Positions 61,881-64,000 of a stretch of 64,000 nucleotides of DNA are shown here, in pieces. Under the pieces are notes generated by a model. It searched no databases and had not been told where the DNA came from. It saw only the letters and a program-made list of their open reading frames with translations. This DNA comes from Leptospira sp. (GTDB taxonomy: Bacteria > Spirochaetota > Leptospiria > Leptospirales > Leptospiraceae), in NCBI GenBank assembly GCA_034439575.1, contig JAWXAQ010000012.1, positions 1 to 64,000 on the forward strand. The letters run 5' to 3'. Positions within the stretch are counted from its first letter, which is position 1, and each line of letters opens with the position of its first letter. A program made the translations under genes and the position numbers.

Positions 61881-62460
61881 GTCGAAGAATAGATAATGCC
61901 AAACAATAATTGGCAATGGCAAGACCAATATGAAAAATATCAACGTTTAGGACTGGTCCACGTGATCCTTTCGTTCCAATCACAAGACCTGCTAATATAA
62001 ATAAGACGGCTCCTATGAGCCCATAAATCGCACCACTTCTTTCGCTCGGTAATTTTTTCGCCGAAACGATAATCACAATCAGCATCGCTATTCCACCAAC
62101 TACGGTTCCATATAAGGGAATAGGGAAAAAATAAACAAAAACTAAGTAAGCAACGAACAATCCCAATATTTTTAAAAAGAATAATTTTTCTGTAAAAGGT
62201 TTTATCCCAAAATGAAAAAAACTAACTCCGATTAAAGGAACAGCTACACAACCAGCCAATCCCACAAAAAAACGATAGATTGGATCTAGAGTTAGAATGC
62301 CTAAGAAATGTAGGGAGCCAAGTCCCGCAGAGATACCAATGATAGCGAAGGCATATAAACCAGCACGTGCAGGAATTGAATTAAGTCCTTTGAAGCGGTA
62401 AGCCATCGCCAAGGAAACGATTGAAAGTACTAAGTCTGAAAAAAATGTGCTGATTACCAT
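61873..62460 (-). CDS. Hypothetical 7-TM membrane protein
   Basis: Hydrophobic ORF, likely start ATG 62460 (MVISTFFSD), NVDIFH near the end. Confidence 0.75.
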   Translation of the reverse strand: MVISTFFSDLVLSIVSLAMAYRFKGLNSIPARAGLYAFAIIGISAGLGSLHFLGILTLDPIYRFFVGLAGCVAVPLIGVSFFHFGIKPFTEKLFFLKILGLFVAYLVFVYFFPIPLYGTVVGGIAMLIVIIVSAKKLPSERSGAIYGLIGAVLFILAGLVIGTKGSRGPVLNVDIFHIGLAIANYCLALSILRLK

Positions 62461-62565
62461 GGGTATGTTTTTAACCAAAGCTAAATGGATTGCAATCGTA
62501 ATTCGAAATTTGTTATGGTTTTGTATCAATTTGTTTGATCATTTTGATCACAGAAATAATTGATA

Positions 62566-63282
62566 TTATGTTCTTTTTAATAAAGATTCTTCTAGGTCCA
62601 TCAACTCTCTATAAGTTCCCACAGACAAAGTAGGATCTAGAGTTATAGCTCCCATTTTTTCCCTTCGCAAATATATAACTTCTTTTTCTAATGTAACAAA
62701 CATTCTACGGATCTGACGAAATTTTCCTTCTCTGATGGTTACTTTTACTTTCGAAATATCACCTGACTCAAGGATTTCAAGTTTGCCAGGAAGGGTTTTA
62801 TAACCATCATCGAGTGTTACACCTTCCGAAAAAGCCAATATATCATTTTCTGAAACGATTCCTTGGATTTCGGCATAGTATTCTTTCTCTATTAAGTGTT
62901 TTGGTGAAGTATAATGATGTGCAAAATTTCCATCGGTTGTAAAGATTAGCAGTCCTTCTGTTTCTTTATCAAGTCTTCCAACTGGGAATAAGGACATTGA
63001 CCTATGACGTCCTTTCAAGTATTCCATTACGGTTTTTTCTCTTGGATCGTCTGTGGAAGTTATGCAATCAGGAGCTTTATTCATCATAAAATAGTAGTTA
63101 TCTTTTCTGATTAGAATTTCTTCTTGAACTTGAACCAAATCAGATAATTTGACTTTAAAGGAAGGATCTTTCACAAGGTTACCGTTTACTTTCACCATGC
63201 CTTGGTTTATATTTCGTTTGACATCTGTCCTTGATCCAAATCCCAAGTTTGATAATATTTTATCCAATCTTTCCATTTTCAT
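62566..63282 (-). CDS. RsuA-family pseudouridine synthase
   Basis: S4 domain RLDKIL, PVGRLDKETEGL, EGKFRQIRRM. Confidence 0.93.
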   Translation of the reverse strand: MKMERLDKILSNLGFGSRTDVKRNINQGMVKVNGNLVKDPSFKVKLSDLVQVQEEILIRKDNYYFMMNKAPDCITSTDDPREKTVMEYLKGRHRSMSLFPVGRLDKETEGLLIFTTDGNFAHHYTSPKHLIEKEYYAEIQGIVSENDILAFSEGVTLDDGYKTLPGKLEILESGDISKVKVTIREGKFRQIRRMFVTLEKEVIYLRREKMGAITLDPTLSVGTYRELMDLEESLLKRT

Positions 63283-63287
63283 AAAAT

Positions 63288-63932
63288 TTATATTTTATGC
63301 GAACCAGGTAAAGAATTTGTTCTTATTCCCAATTCCTTGGCTCTTTCCAATCGAAGGAGTGAATAATTTTTATCTGACTTTGGAATCGCGTTTTGATCCC
63401 AAGCATCTATCGGTATTAATCCGGATTCACTCAAAGACTTATGCAATTGAATTTCTTCTTCTATCGAACGAGAAAATAAAAATGGATTTCTATAGATACC
63501 ACCTAAGTTTGGATAGTTGGTGTCATTTTTATCAATAAGTTCAATAATTTCTAAACCTCTATGATAGATATAATCTAAAAATTGGTCACCAAATGGATCT
63601 GTATCGTCATCTACTTTTTTCTTTTCTAAGATCCATTTTAACCAATCGTATCCGTATAATAGATCATGTACATAACGAAATTTTATCTTCGAGTGCGCGC
63701 CAAATAATTCGAAAATAGCAATTACTTTTGTCGTGATGTGAGTGCTGTTCGCTTTGAATTCAAGAGGGGAATTCATAGCATTTGAAATCATACGAAATAC
63801 AAAAAAATCAAAGTCCCAAAATATGTTTTCTGGAAAATGGTAAAGTGCCGCTGAGATCAGGTTTTCCAGATTTTGATATAAATTTTCTCGGTCTTCTATT
63901 TTTGTTACTAACAAATTGATCTCTGATTCCAT
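63288..63932 (-). CDS. Hypothetical protein (frame stays open to the window edge, so the true start may lie upstream)
   Basis: 214 aa ORF with FRYVHD..YGYDW, YRNPF; no stop in frame between 63932 and 63998. Confidence 0.75.
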   Translation of the reverse strand: MESEINLLVTKIEDRENLYQNLENLISAALYHFPENIFWDFDFFVFRMISNAMNSPLEFKANSTHITTKVIAIFELFGAHSKIKFRYVHDLLYGYDWLKWILEKKKVDDDTDPFGDQFLDYIYHRGLEIIELIDKNDTNYPNLGGIYRNPFLFSRSIEEEIQLHKSLSESGLIPIDAWDQNAIPKSDKNYSLLRLERAKELGIRTNSLPGSHKI

Positions 63933-64000
63933 TTCTGAGAAATTCGTAGCTTGTCGCTTAACTGGGCTTAAACTTTGCCGAAAGGGGCATTGTGAACTTA

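Noticed and set aside
63288-63932. Ferrochelatase label sometimes attached to similar proteins
   Set aside because: No HemH catalytic motifs visible; left as hypothetical

Overview
Chromosomal window of a Leptospira species. This rests on the Leptospira-type TrxA, IleS, LipB/PanD and MurJ context and on spirochaetal lipoboxes. From memory, the IleS N-terminus looks closer to the saprophytic lineage, but this is unverified. I saw no rRNA, tRNA, CRISPR array or transposase. The left half (1-32 kb) is mostly housekeeping (trxA, panD, lipB, murJ, ileS, ABC-F, a tgt-MnmC-like fusion, acyl-CoA dehydrogenase). It also holds a lipid/lipoprotein-modification cluster: an Lgt paralog, DUF4105/Lnb-like protein, lipase, CrtU-like FAD enzyme with a rubredoxin-type insert, steroid-reductase-like protein and acyl desaturase. 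The right half (about 33-60 kb) is an accessory, largely AT-rich signalling region with four notable parts. (i) A LigB/LigC-like lipoprotein with only ONE Big domain, split by a single-base frameshift at about 34204, followed by two Bor-like lipoproteins, a HAMP-SpoIIE phosphatase and a TPR protein. (ii) An operon resembling a SiaB/SiaC partner-switch wired to two c-di-GMP enzymes. (iii) Four membrane-anchored AraC paralogs, with six copies of a shared operator-like motif in the intergenic regions at 48.6-51.5 kb. (iv) An ArsR module with a palindromic operator and a decayed SnoaL-like pseudogene. All family assignments come from motif recognition by eye; no database search was run.
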